From contig NC_068998.1 of assembly GCF_001194135.2 (NCBI RefSeq), positions 31,150,429 to 31,187,154 of the forward strand: a DNA stretch of 36,726 nt, in the 5' to 3' direction. This DNA comes from Octopus bimaculoides. Lineage: Eukaryota. A program made the position numbers and the translations under genes. Below are positions 12,050 to 23,435 of this stretch, one piece after another. The notes beneath the pieces are model-generated. The model was not told where the DNA came from. It did no database searches and was given only the letters and a program-made list of their open reading frames with translations. The first letter of the stretch is position 1. Each line of letters opens with the position of its first letter.

Positions 12050-12750
12050 TGGTCTCTTGCCAGAGTGGGTTCTGTTGATGATCATGTTGTAAGTATTGAA
12101 GTCCTTCAGGAGACGTATGACACTGGTGATCAGGACCAGTGTTATTTAGTGATTGGTTATTATGTATCAGATTACCTACATGTTTAAATAGTTTAGTATT
12201 GTTTAGTTTAAACTTATTACTCCCAGCATTGACATCTACCAGGTTTGGGATTGTAGAGTAAGAAAGCTTAACTATATACTTATCAAATATTTGGTAATAT
12301 TTGAGATCTGATGAGATGATATTTTCTAAAAGGGAAAAGACTATTTTAGATGAGTTTTTACCTGGATACTATGTGAAGGATTATTCCAGATAGCTTTCCC
12401 ATTTCTATTTTTCTACTAGCTTGATTCCTGCTGGTGGTGTATGTAAGATTATTATGAATAGAATTTCTAGTATTCAGGAGTTTATTAGTTTCTATTTTAG
12501 AATTTGAAAATTTAGAGATTTTTGTGTGTCTAGGTGCAGAATGCTTTTTGTATTGATTATCTGTGCTTCTACGGTGTGAATAATGAGATTTTGGAACCTT
12601 TGGTTGGGTATATAAGTAATCTTTTGTTTGTTTTATAGCCACTTCTGTTAAGAGCCTCATTGTAATAGCAAGCTAGTTGTTAAATATTTCTTTGTTTGTT
12701 GATAACTTCGATACTTGGATAGAGAGACTTTTCAGTATACCTTTCTTCAC
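12050..12750 (-). mobile_element. Penelope-like element fragment (RT-EN linker region), heavily decayed
   Basis: The - strand translation includes NGKAIWNNPSHS (compare PLE IIWFNPPYS) and QIFDKYIVKLSYSTIPN (compare PLE IFNRNTVKLSYSCMPN). Confidence 0.55.
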
Positions 12751-13039
12751 TGATTTAGGATGAATTGGTTTGGAGTTGATGTATAAATTTTCATTTGGTT
12801 AATAAGAAAGGTAATACAAACTAGAAGAAATGTCTGCGATATTTCTAGGAAGTTTACAATTTTGGTGTTTGGTTCAAAAGTGAGAAATTGTGGTGAACTG
12901 TAACCTTCTAGTATACATATATGTATGCAATATAAATACGTGCATGCGCGCACTCACACACACATGCACACACTCTTATTCATTCATTCAAGAAACACTC
13001 ACAAGCTAATTGATCACCCTCCAACATGTTCTATGAGCA

Positions 13040-14040
13040 GTAAGTGAAAAACTTTGTTACTGTAAAAAATTACATGAACAAAAAATGATAAACTGCAAAT
13101 TTGCCCAAAATCCACAAGCTGTATATTGCAGTATGATAGATGATACCATTAAGGTAGTTAATGCTCCTCCCCAAGAAGACCTATAGTCATTCTGGCAGGG
13201 AATCTGGGACGTAAATGAAGAACACAATTGCAATGTTGCATGGTTAAATGAACTATGAAGTGAGTGTTGTGTAAACACCTCTCCCAAAATATATAACATC
13301 ACTAGTGAAACACACCTGACAGTTATGAAACTGCCGAATGGAAAATCACCTGATAGTAGATTATCTGTACAAAAAGCTCACATTCAATAGAGATATTCTC
13401 ACAACCCTGTTTAAAAGCACAATGGATGCTGAGCTAGATATACCAGACTGGCTGATGGTTGCACAGATGCTTCTTAACCCTAAGAACAAAGAGATCCATG
13501 TGGCCAAAAACTACAGGTCCTTTGCACGCTTGAATGTTATGTACAGAGGTTGTCTGAATATATAATGGTGTGATGACTGATGAATAGGCAAGAAGAAAGA
13601 AAGGAGTCTAGAGCATTTGAGTCTGTTCTTCACTCATGTATGATAGAATCACTACATCTTGCCAAAGTACCAACTGCTATAGTGAGTGCCATTGATAGAC
13701 TGACCACAACATGATCCACACAGTTATCAAAGCCATACCTTTTATTACAAATAGAATTAAGCAATCAACAGGCATATTCCCGAGTGATAGTTATCTGTAA
13801 TATTTCTATTGGCAGTGAACCCCTTGTTAATGAAATGCCAAAGCTACATGCTGGAATACAGCATAAAATTAATGTCATCTACATTTTTTGTAGATGACCT
13901 AAAGTTATATTCTGGTAACATGAACAACATCAAGAGACAATTAGAACAAGTCACAACATTCTCATGAGACATAGAGATACAGTTTGAGTAAAATAAATGT
14001 TCATACATGATAGTCAACTGAGGAAAGATTGTTGACCAGA
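13040..14040 (+). mobile_element. R4/Dong-like non-LTR retrotransposon RT fragment
   Basis: Encodes SFWQGIWDVNEEHN, IPDWLMVAQMLLNPKNKEIHVAKNYRSFARLNVMY and FVDDLKLYS, with several stops and frameshifts. Confidence 0.7.
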
Positions 14041-14590
14041 CATGCATATATGCATGTATACATTGTGTACTTGTGTCTCCTTGTCTTGACATTACAATAA
14101 TGTTTAACTTTACTTTTTCATGCTTGCATTAGTCAGATGGAGTTTGTTGAGGCAGATAATGGATAAATATAGGAATGTAGCCCAACATGGAATTTGTGAA
14201 GTACAGGAAAGAGGAAGAAGAAAAAGAGGAGGGGAGGTGTGTGCATGTATATATAGATATATATATATCAGCAGCAAAATATTCAGAATCAAATATTTAT
14301 ATAGATACTAATATTATTATTATTATCGAAGTCAATACAAATAGTCCATAATAACTACAATATTAATATAGGTGATTGCAGGCCTAAATCAACATTATAT
14401 AGCTATAGAATTAAAATTATATTAATCAAAGGACACATTGAAGTGTCTACCTGCTAGAAATAATAGTTAAAACTCTCATTTGGACCACTAAAAATTACAC
14501 TGGCAATAACAAATGTGTCATTTGATTAATATATCTATAATTCTCATATATTTCACCTTCCGTCTTTCATTTGCCATATATATACATATA

Positions 14591-14663
<73 letters not shown>
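14591..14663. repeat. Compound (TG)n(TA)n microsatellite
   Basis: Read directly, about 70 nt upstream of the exon A acceptor. Confidence 0.97.
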
Positions 14664-14666
<3 letters not shown>

Positions 14667-14733
14667 GTCTCTGATATATGTTTGATACCTTTTATTTTCA
14701 ATTTCAAATTTTGTATTTATTCTTTTTCTCTAG

Positions 14734-14839
14734 ATGTGTATACAGCAACTGGTGCCAGCCAGAAGCGAGTGACAGCAGATGGTACATATGCTACACAGAG
14801 TGCCTTCAGTGCTGTAACCCATACAAAAAAAGAAGAAAG
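14734..14839 (+). CDS. COPB1: Coatomer subunit beta, internal coding exon A (xDVYTATGASQKRVTADGTYATQSAFSAVTHTKKEE-R)
   Basis: Polypyrimidine acceptor TCTTTTTCTCTAG at 14721-14733 and donor AG|GTTTGT at 14840. The peptide matches the recalled beta-COP motif (K/R)xVTxxGTYATQSA. It ends in phase 2 (AG), completed by the first base of exon B to give Arg. Confidence 0.92.
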
Positions 14840-15604
14840 GTTTGTGTCATTTGCTTCATTTTCCTTGCGTTGTTGCTCTTTAACGCTTTTCTTTCCTTTT
14901 AGCAGTGTCATATATTTTCCTAGTTGCTATCCATTGGTTGAATATGCCAATTTAAAATGTATTCAGCTAAGTTATTTGAGTTCATTGTACTCCATTGTTT
15001 TCAAATGTATACTAAGTATATCTTTGAACTGAGAGCATCAGAAATTCATTTTATTTGAAATTTATTAAATTTATTCTCTGATGCAGATTTTTACTTTAGT
15101 CTCTATTTCATGATACACCAGTTCACTATCACTGTCCTACAAAATGTTGTTTGTCCTTGAGTATTTCATTCCAAATCAGTTTGAATTCCTGTTGACATAA
15201 CACACTAAGCTGTGACGTAGAACTCAATCTGCCGTCTACTTCTGGATACTTCAGATGAAAGCATTTAATGGATAGTGGGAGTGCCTGATGAATTTGCATT
15301 TCAGATTTGATGTATATTTGTTGCTTCATGATTCTCATTCCAAATGGCTGTCAGATTCACTTTCAATGTTCTTAACAAAGTTGATAAAATACTAGTAGTA
15401 TAGGAAACTTGAATTACTGTTATCTTAAAGAAACTTGTAGCTAGTCAAATTGTATAATATCTGTGATAGGTCATTGGTATTCCTCAGCAATCTGAGGGCA
15501 GGAAATTTGGCATGACTTTGAAGTGTGTTGTATTACTGTCAATAAACTAGCATGTCCCTTATTACTTGTTATATCATCATCGTTTAATGTCCACCTTCCA
15601 TGCT

Positions 15605-15608
<4 letters not shown>

Positions 15609-15655
<47 letters not shown>
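15609..15655. repeat. (TA)n microsatellite
   Basis: Read directly. Confidence 0.97.
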
Positions 15656-15658
<3 letters not shown>

Positions 15659-16084
15659 TGTGTGTGTATATAAACAAATACAAGTATGTCAAAGAACATA
15701 AAAAATTAATTTTTGATTTATAAAAATCATCTCTGCTTCTAGATGATGTTTCATAATTACCAAATCTCAATTATGATCAGCTGCTCTTGAGAAGAGGAGA
15801 TAATCTTATGAGTCAAGAATTTTCTAAAATTGACATGACATTAAGGAGAAATACAAGCTTATTGCCTGGAGATAAGAGGACAGTCATGAACACATGTTTC
15901 TGGCTGAGTAACTATAATCAACATGACAACAGTCTGATTTTACCTTCAGCAGCCAAAGAAATTAGACTTAGGCAAAAAATTGTTTTTTAAAAAACAATGG
16001 GTGTATATGTGCATGTCTATGTGTGCTTATGTGTATATATGCAAATTTGTATATGTATACATGAATATATTATTCTTTATATAT

Positions 16085-16086
16085 AC

Positions 16087-16117
<31 letters not shown>

Positions 16118-16190
16118 TGTATGTATGTATGTATGTGTGTGTATGTATGTATGTATGTATGTATGTATATATGTTTATGTGTATATGTAT
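16085..16190. repeat. (TATG)n microsatellite
   Basis: Read directly. Confidence 0.97.
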
Positions 16191-16329
16191 AGCAGATGCA
16201 GAAGTACCTATACTGAAGTATGTTATATTACAAGTGGATAGAAGAGAAAGGAACCATGATGAAGTTGTAGGATACATTTATGAGGTCCTGACACTCCAGG
16301 TCCTGCTGTCATTCAAATCCAGTGTATAA

Positions 16330-17960
16330 CATTCAAACTGTACACATAAAATAACTCAATGTTGTTATATGTATTACATATTGTCCACCAGCGGCTCCAA
16401 ATTACTCAGGCAAGTTTGAAGACTGCCTCGCCAAAAATAGAAGTTCTAGTCAAACTGGAACAACACAGTGTATTCCTTGTGATTGACTTCAACTTCGCCA
16501 ATATGGAATGGCCTAAGGGCTTCATGCTCTCAGGAATGACACACTACCACCACCAAGTACAGTGGAGTTGCTGCTTGACCATGCTAATGCTTTATGGAGT
16601 AAACTGTGCTCCAACCAATCAGGACAAATAATATAGTGGATTTCTGCTTCTCAGTTAATATGGTTATCATTCCTAATGTGAAAGTGACACTGACACTTGC
16701 ATCACAATATAATAGAGCTAGCTATGTATGGAAAAAAAGAAGACACAGACATACAGACTATGAGAAGAACTCAAGATTGCAAACCGCTTAAACAAATATC
16801 TCAAATGCAGTTAAAACAACACTGATGGAGATTGAAAAAAGTCTGCAACAATTCCATAACAATGAGAGGGCAGATTGGGAGTGGTGTCTTAACTTTTTCC
16901 CAGTAGCTGACCTGTTACATTGAGACAATCTTCTTTGTGTAGCTTTGCTGGATTGCTTTTAGTTCTGCTATTAAATTTACATTGTGTGGTAACCACAGTT
17001 TGGGATCAGTAGTCTAAATGGCTCTTGACAAATGTCCTCCAGAGGATTATCATGGTTTCTTGTTATCATGTTTTGAAAGTTCTAAGGATCCATCCAAGCA
17101 ACTGCCTGCATTTTAAGGATCCATCCAGGCAACTGCTTGCATTTTATTGCCAACTTAGTAAGATACACCTGGAAATATGCATCACTACTCATAATAGCCA
17201 GGACATGTAGTAATTTTCATCTGAGGATTGCAGTCCCTCTTCTACCAGTGTATCCTATTTGCATTTCATTGAGCTTCATGTGTTGGTAATGCAGGGCTTT
17301 GAATTTTCTAGTATTAAGCTGTGTGTTATCCTCTGCATACCTGTATATTGTGACCATCTTCTGTTGCAGGTTTACGGTATTTTCAGGGTTTTGTATCATC
17401 TGCATAGCTGCAAGGGTTGCTCTCTGAGCAGCTGAAGGCTTGTCTGAGAGGGACATTATGAATAACAGTGACCCTAAGACACTGCTCTGTGGAACACAAC
17501 TCACTATTTGTATTTCTTTGGAGGTAGCTCCATTGGTCACCACTGCCTGAATTCTATCTTTTAGAAAGTCATGTAACCACTTTCCAAGTTTTCCATCGAT
17601 ACCAAGATCATACAGCTTGTGACATATCATACTATGGTTGACTTTATCAAAGTCTTTGCAAAGGTGAGACATATCATCTGTATTTGAGCTGTTGAGCAGC
17701 TGCTTTAGTACCTAGTTGTGGTACTGTGAAGGCTGTATCAAGTAACTTCTGCTTGGTTGAAAACCATGATGGGTATCAGTCTGCAAATCATTCTCTTCAA
17801 GGAATGCAATTAGTTTCTTTTTGACTATTTGTTCCATGGCTTCATTGATGTGTGAGGTCAGAGAGATAGGCCTATAGTTTTTAGCATCATCTCTGCTTCC
17901 TCCTGTATGGATAGGGCATATTATTCCCTCCTTCAGTTAGCCCAGGAGCTTACCACTTGC
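16330..17960 (-). mobile_element. CR1/L2-group LINE RT fragment
   Basis: The - strand encodes GSRDDAKNYRPISLTS, HHGFQPSRS, KDFDKVNH, KWLHDFLKDRIQAVV and VPQSSVLGSLLF. It is degenerate. Confidence 0.8.
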
Positions 17961-18019
17961 AAAGATATGTGATTTACTGTGCTTGAGAAGACTCATCAAG
18001 CCAAAAGAAATTATAGTTG

Positions 18020-18230
18020 TGGCTGGTGCTGGTACACATAAAAGGTATGCACTACACTCTTGGAGTGGTTGGCGTTAGGAAGGGCATCCAGCAGTAGAAA
18101 CCAAACCAAAATCAGACTGGAACCTTGTACAGCTCTCTGGCTTACCACTGCCAGTCAAACCGTCTAATCCATGCCTATATGGAAAGTGAATGTTAAATGA
18201 TGGTGATAACAATAATGATGATGATAATAC
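18020..18230 (+). mobile_element. RTE-type tail / SINE-like short copy
   Basis: ACTACACTCTTGGAGTGGTTGGCGTTAGGAAGGGCATCCAGC...TGTTAAATGATGGTGATAAC. Confidence 0.8.
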
Positions 18231-18244
18231 ACATACACATACAC

Positions 18245-18575
18245 ATCATCATCATTGTCGTTTAACGTCTGCTTTCCATGCTAGCATGGGTTGGACGATT
18301 TGACTGAGGACTGGTGGACTAGGAGGCGACACCAGGCTCCAATCTGATTTGGCAGAGTTTCTACAGCTGGATGCCCTTCCTAACGCCAACCACTCTGAGA
18401 GTGTAGTGGGTGCTTTTACGTGCCACTGGCACGAGGGCCAGTCAGGCGGGTACTGGCAACGGCCACGCTCGAAATGGTGTATTTTACGTGCCACCTGCAC
18501 AAGGGCCAGTCCAGGGGCACTGGCAACGGTCTCGCTCGGATGTCTTACTGGCAAAGGCCACGCTCGAAATGATGT
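18245..18575 (-). mobile_element. RTE LINE 3' end running into an N gap
   Basis: Has a (CAT)n tail and is near-identical to 6440-6720 and 25100-25458. Confidence 0.9.
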
Positions 18576-19201
18576 NNNNNNNNNNNNNNNNNNNNNNNNN
18601 NNNNNNNNNNNNNNNNNNNNNNNNNNNNNNNNNNNNNNNNNNNNNNNNNNNNNNNNNNNNNNNNNNNNNNNNNNNNNNNNNNNNNNNNNNNNNNNNNNNN
18701 NNNNNNNNNNNNNNNNNNNNNNNNNNNNNNNNNNNNNNNNNNNNNNNNNNNNNNNNNNNNNNNNNNNNNNNNNNNNNNNNNNNNNNNNNNNNNNNNNNNN
18801 NNNNNNNNNNNNNNNNNNNNNNNNNNNNNNNNNNNNNNNNNNNNNNNNNNNNNNNNNNNNNNNNNNNNNNNNNNNNNNNNNNNNNNNNNNNNNNNNNNNN
18901 NNNNNNNNNNNNNNNNNNNNNNNNNNNNNNNNNNNNNNNNNNNNNNNNNNNNNNNNNNNNNNNNNNNNNNNNNNNNNNNNNNNNNNNNNNNNNNNNNNNN
19001 NNNNNNNNNNNNNNNNNNNNNNNNNNNNNNNNNNNNNNNNNNNNNNNNNNNNNNNNNNNNNNNNNNNNNNNNNNNNNNNNNNNNNNNNNNNNNNNNNNNN
19101 NNNNNNNNNNNNNNNNNNNNNNNNNNNNNNNNNNNNNNNNNNNNNNNNNNNNNNNNNNNNNNNNNNNNNNNNNNNNNNNNNNNNNNNNNNNNNNNNNNNN
19201 N

Positions 19202-20345
19202 CCGCTATCTAGGTGACCAAGTTAGTAGTGGGGGAGGGTGTGCTGAAAGTGTAGCTGCTAGAATAAGAATAGCCTGGGCAAAGTTCAGAGAGCTCTTACC
19301 TCTGCTGGTGACAAAGTGTCTCACTCTCAGAGTAAAAGGCAGACTGTATGACGCATGTGTACGAACAGCCATGCTTCATGGTAGTGAAACATGGGCCGTA
19401 ACTGTTGAAGACATGCATAGGCTCGCAACGAATGAAGCCAGTATGCTCCAATGGATGTGTAATGTCAGTGTGCATACTAGACAGAGTGTAAGTACCTTGA
19501 GAGAAAAGTTGAACCTCAGAAGCATCAGTTGCGGTGTGCAAGCAAGACGATTGCGCTGGTATGGTCATGTGGCGAGAATGGACGAAGATAGGTGTGTGAA
19601 AAAGTGCCATACCCTGGCAGTAGAGGGAGCCTGTGGAAGAGGTAAGCCCAGGAAGACCTGGGATGAGGTGGTGAGGCAAGATCTTCGAACATTGGGCCTC
19701 ACCGAGGCAATGACCTCTGACCGAGACCTTGGAAATATGCTGTGCGTGAGAAGACCCGGCAAGCCAAGTGAGTCCTAAATCCAAGGCCTCTGCCAGGGGT
19801 GTAGCCAGCCCACTTATGCGTACCTTTCCTTCATTGGACACTAAGCTCCGCTTGTGAAGACCTGTTAAAGCAAGTGAAATCGAAATCAAACTAAATTCAA
19901 CGACTGGCACCCATGCCAACGTCGTCTCCTTCATTGGACACGAAACTCGGCTTGCGAAGACCTATTGGGGCAAGAGAAAGCGAAATCGTGATGGCACCTG
20001 TGCCCAGCGTCGCCTCTCTGGCACTTGTGCCCGTGGCATGTGTAAAGACTTTCGAGCGAGATCGTTGCCAGTGCTGCTGGACTGGCTCTTGTGCAGGTGG
20101 TACGTAAAATACACCATTTTGAGCGTGGCCGTTGCCAGTACCGCCTGACTGGCCTTCGTGCCGGTGGCACGTAAAAGCACCCACTACACTCTCGGAGTGG
20201 TTGGTGTTAGGAAGGGCATCCAGTTGTAGAAACTGCCAAATCAGATTGGAGCCTGGTGTAGCCATCTGGTTTCACCAGTCCTCTGTCAAATCGTCCAACC
20301 CATGCTAGCATGGAAAGCAGATGTTAAACGATGATGATGATGATG
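19202..20345 (+). mobile_element. RTE LINE 3' part (RT C-terminus, 3' UTR, GAT tail)
   Basis: ORF 19308-19778 reads RVKGRLYDACVRTAMLHGSETW...GRGKPRKTWDEVV. The tail is GATGTTAAACGATGATGATGATGATGA. Confidence 0.92.
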
Positions 20346-20779
20346 AAATTAAAGCAGGCATAGAAGATTATTTCTTTTTGCTTGTCACCCACTTAAATAA
20401 TGTGGGTGACAAGTAACAAAATGATATGATCTGATTGATTTAGTTTAATGGTTTCCATACTAACTACAAGCATTTTCAACAAACAGAAAGTCCTAGTAAT
20501 ATGATGTAAAGGTGGTTATAAGAGTAAAAATACGAAATATATAGTATGAAAGTAATTTTAAAATAAAATTTGCAACTCGTAAGTCTAAAATTATTAGGTA
20601 GTAGGGGAAAAACACATATGTAATATATGTGGCAACAAAAAAAAATCCTGTATAACAAACTTTGATACCCTTAAAAAGAAGTTGTGTGGAAAACACACTA
20701 TACGCCATAAAGTACTGAGAAAAAAAATTAATTATATAAAAGGAACTAGACTGTTTTAATGGAATGATGATTTTTGGCA

Positions 20780-21575
20780 GCGCTTATATCAATTGACAGC
20801 AGGAAAGGTACCTAGATGTGTGCCTGCAGAAACTGATGAGTTCCATTTTGCAGTTTAGTGCAGATTTATCTTGGAATAGTATAAAGTACTTTTCACTCAA
20901 AAAACAATGAACATCTCAGAGTTTTGGTACAATGCATGCATGTAAGTATTAGCTTTTTCCAAAATAGACCAGTGTATCTTAAATGGGTCAAAACCAGCTT
21001 TTAATTGCCAAATGTGCTTAGCCAGGTTCATTGCCACCCTGTTCTTTGGTTTTTTAAGGAATTTCTATGTGAGTAAAGCCTCACTTTGAAGCTGTTTTCA
21101 ATGGCACCAGTATAAATTTTGTATGTAGAGGTGTTGTTAGTCTACACCTTAGCTCTGTATACAACACTTTTAATTAGGCAATTACCATTTAAAGGACAGA
21201 TTCCAGGGTCTTTGAATTACATTTAGGTTCATCAGCAATTCTGTTAGGTTTATTGAGAATGGTCATATTGTGCTGGTTGATGTAAGAGGTAAAGTTTTTG
21301 CAATGAGAATAGCTAAACTTTAGCCTTTTTGTATTGAAGATTCTGTGATATTTATGATCAGATGGAAAGTGTCTTTATACTAAATTATAAATTTTTGTAC
21401 TTACATTAGCTCTAACACTTAAGTTAAATGTTGAATTATACCACAACACCTTTCTAGTTGTAGATCTACAAGATATTCTTGGGTTAAACCATAATACCAG
21501 TTTTTGTTGAAACTCCAAATGTAGACTAATTAACCCAGCTAAAACAGAAATAGAAATAATTAACAAGAACATTTT
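20780..21575 (-). mobile_element. Penelope-like element 3' part with GIY-YIG endonuclease remnant
   Basis: The - strand encodes RKVLWYNSTFN, HFPSDHKYHRIFN...KFSYS, CLIKSVVYRAKV...KIYTGAIENSFKVRLYSH, WSILEKA and LNCKMELISFCRH. Confidence 0.8.
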
Positions 21576-21583
21576 AGATTCAG

Positions 21584-21729
21584 GTGCTTATCTCCCCTAT
21601 GTAAACATACGGACATAGAAAATGTGTCAAGGCCAACAGGAAACAGTGTTTCCTAGGGTAAAGTAGCAGTAGCATTCTTCCCTTTCATTGGACTGTCAGA
21701 TTAAGTTGACAACATACCATGACTTTATT
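21584..21729 (+). repeat. 146-bp direct repeat, copy 1 (candidate PLE terminal repeat, truncated)
   Basis: GTGCTTATCTCCCCT...GGCCAACAGGAAAC...AACATACCAT(G/C)ACTTTATT is repeated at 22944-23089. Confidence 0.85.
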
Positions 21730-21829
21730 GTGCTGCTACTGTATAAATCTCTCTGAGATATTTAGAAATGTATTATTTCTATTTTCAAAATCAGTGAATG
21801 TATTTCACTTGAATTATTATGTTTACAAA

Positions 21830-22720
21830 GGCGTTACCTGAAAGGTGATAAGGTGTGGAATCTGCTAGCAGAGAAATTCTTTCCGCAACCAGCTTCTTTG
21901 GAGCAATTTAAACCCGGTTTCATTAAAAGGTGTAATCTGATTGAATGGCAAAAGGCGTGTCGACAGGCACTTGTGCTTATCCACAAGACAGGCAAGGGTG
22001 GCAGTGGGAACACCACCTTGGTTTTGTATAGAGGGATGGTAGAGCACAAAAATGATGACACTCTAGGAGGAGCTCTGGGGTTCAATGAGAACCAACTCAC
22101 CAACCTGTTCAAAAATACTTTTGGGCCAGGGTATTTGGATAATTACCAAAAATCCCTGACCTAGCAGTGTTACAGGAATGCTTTACCTGTTCGAGATAAG
22201 TTATCCAGGCACAGAATGTCAGTACCAATGACATGTCCAAGATGTGGGCTGGACGATAAAACTGTCCAGCACGCCTTTGTACATTGTCAGGAGCTGTCAG
22301 GCTTGATGATTTACGTCGAACGCGTGTTGTCACATTTAGGAAGAGTACAGCTATTGGCAGAATCTATAATAAAGATTGTACTACCCACTGGACTCTCAAA
22401 GGAAGGTGAGGCGTGTTTTTTCTGTACAGTTGCTGTGCTGAAAGAATGTGTATGGAAGACTAGAATGCAAGGACTTGTGACGGGATCCTTCATCTCTGAC
22501 CCTGGTTTGCTACAATTCTTCCGATATCATCTGAAGAGCAAGATAGGGCTGGAGAAGAGGATCCTTTCGTGAAGTGTGTTTGAGGAAAGATGGAAGGCTG
22601 TGTTAAGAAAGGTGGGTGCAAGTAACCCTATTTAATCTGCATTGGAAATAAAAAGGAAAGGGGTAGTTGCTGGGCCTTTGAGGCAACCGGGCATAATCCC
22701 CTCCCCAAAAAGAAAAAAAA
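21830..22720 (+). mobile_element. Tx1/L1-clade LINE 3' fragment with C-terminal zinc-knuckle region and A-rich tail
   Basis: One reading frame (21853-22635) with two in-frame stops. It reads YQKSLT*QCYRNALPVRDKL...TCPRCGLDDKTVQHAFVHC, a zf-RVT-like motif, and ends AAAAAGAAAAAAAA. Confidence 0.8.
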
Positions 22721-22879
22721 CTATAGATTAAATCTAATTACTTCATAAAATTTAAAGAAGAAACAAAGCATCATTCGAACTCATTACAACATTTTTTTTG
22801 CTTGTATTGTTCTGTATTGTACCATCTGTGTATGACGTTTATTGTCCTAATCAAAAATTCAGCTAGCAAGCCCTGTTAC

Positions 22880-22922
22880 TCCAGACTGATGATAAGCAAT
22901 GACTCTGAAACTAGTCTCTGGA
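22880..22922 (+). ncRNA. Minimal type I hammerhead ribozyme-like motif (PLE type), helix II degenerate
   Basis: TCCAGA-CTGATGA-TAAGCAATGACTCT-GAAA-CTAG-TC-TCTGGA. It has a 6-bp helix I, exact core boxes, a palindromic CUAG helix III loop and a GUC cleavage triplet. Confidence 0.65.
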
Positions 22923-22943
22923 TGCTGGCTTTGCTGGGTGGAT

Positions 22944-23089
22944 GTGCTTATCTCCCCTTTGTAAACATAAGGGCACAGGAAATGTGTCAAGGCCAACAGG
23001 AAACGGTGTTTCCTAGGGCTAAATAGCAGTGACATTCTTCCCTTTCATGGGACTGTCACATTAAGGTGACAACATACCATCACTTTATT
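22944..23089 (+). repeat. 146-bp direct repeat, copy 2 (directly 3' of the hammerhead motif)
   Basis: Aligns by eye with 21584-21729 with scattered substitutions. Confidence 0.85.
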
Positions 23090-23129
23090 TTAAATTCAGT
23101 TCTCCATAAACTTAGTAGTCAGAATTCCC

Positions 23130-23435
23130 TTTATGAGATAACATAGGAGACTGATTTAAGGACATAATGATAAGAATAACAGTAACTTCATTCGGTTCAG
23201 TATTGTGCACCCATCTATAACAAGGCTTCTACTGCTCAAAGCCAAAGAGTGTGTACCCATCAGCAACTCTGGTGTCAACATCATCTTGTACACCAGGAAA
23301 TCCTTGCTGTTTTTCAGCAACTCTATCTGGGTCAAGAAGAATGGAGATGTTTTGTTTGATGTGTCACTGGGCAAATACAACAGAGCAGAATTCTGTATGC
23401 TTATAGGTGTGTATATTTTGTGCCATTTGCATGTA
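23130..23435 (+). mobile_element. Penelope-like RT fragment
   Basis: Encodes HPSITRLLLLKAK...RKSLLFFSNSIWVKKNGDVLFDVSLGKYNRAEFCMLIGVYIL (compare PLE SLLF...WVKK...FDVTMGSYDGAE.CELVGLYIL). Confidence 0.8.

Noticed and set aside
14571-15032. 153-aa ORF as a standalone gene
   Set aside because: Only 14734-14839 is COPB1-like. The rest is microsatellite and intron read-through.
15130-15400. Possible MULE/DNA transposase fragment on the - strand
   Set aside because: No catalytic motif or TIR was recognisable.
15770-15990. Possible Gypsy gag fragment
   Set aside because: The resemblance is too weak and short to support without a profile search.
15997-16329. Possible exon after the (TATG)n repeat (ADAEVPILKYVILQ...)
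   Set aside because: No similarity to COPB1, it would not fit between exons A and B, which already join in frame, and it abuts the CR1 3' region.
20828-20860. CTGATGAG as a hammerhead core
   Set aside because: It has no GAAA box or helices and is simply the antisense of the PLE codons ELIS.
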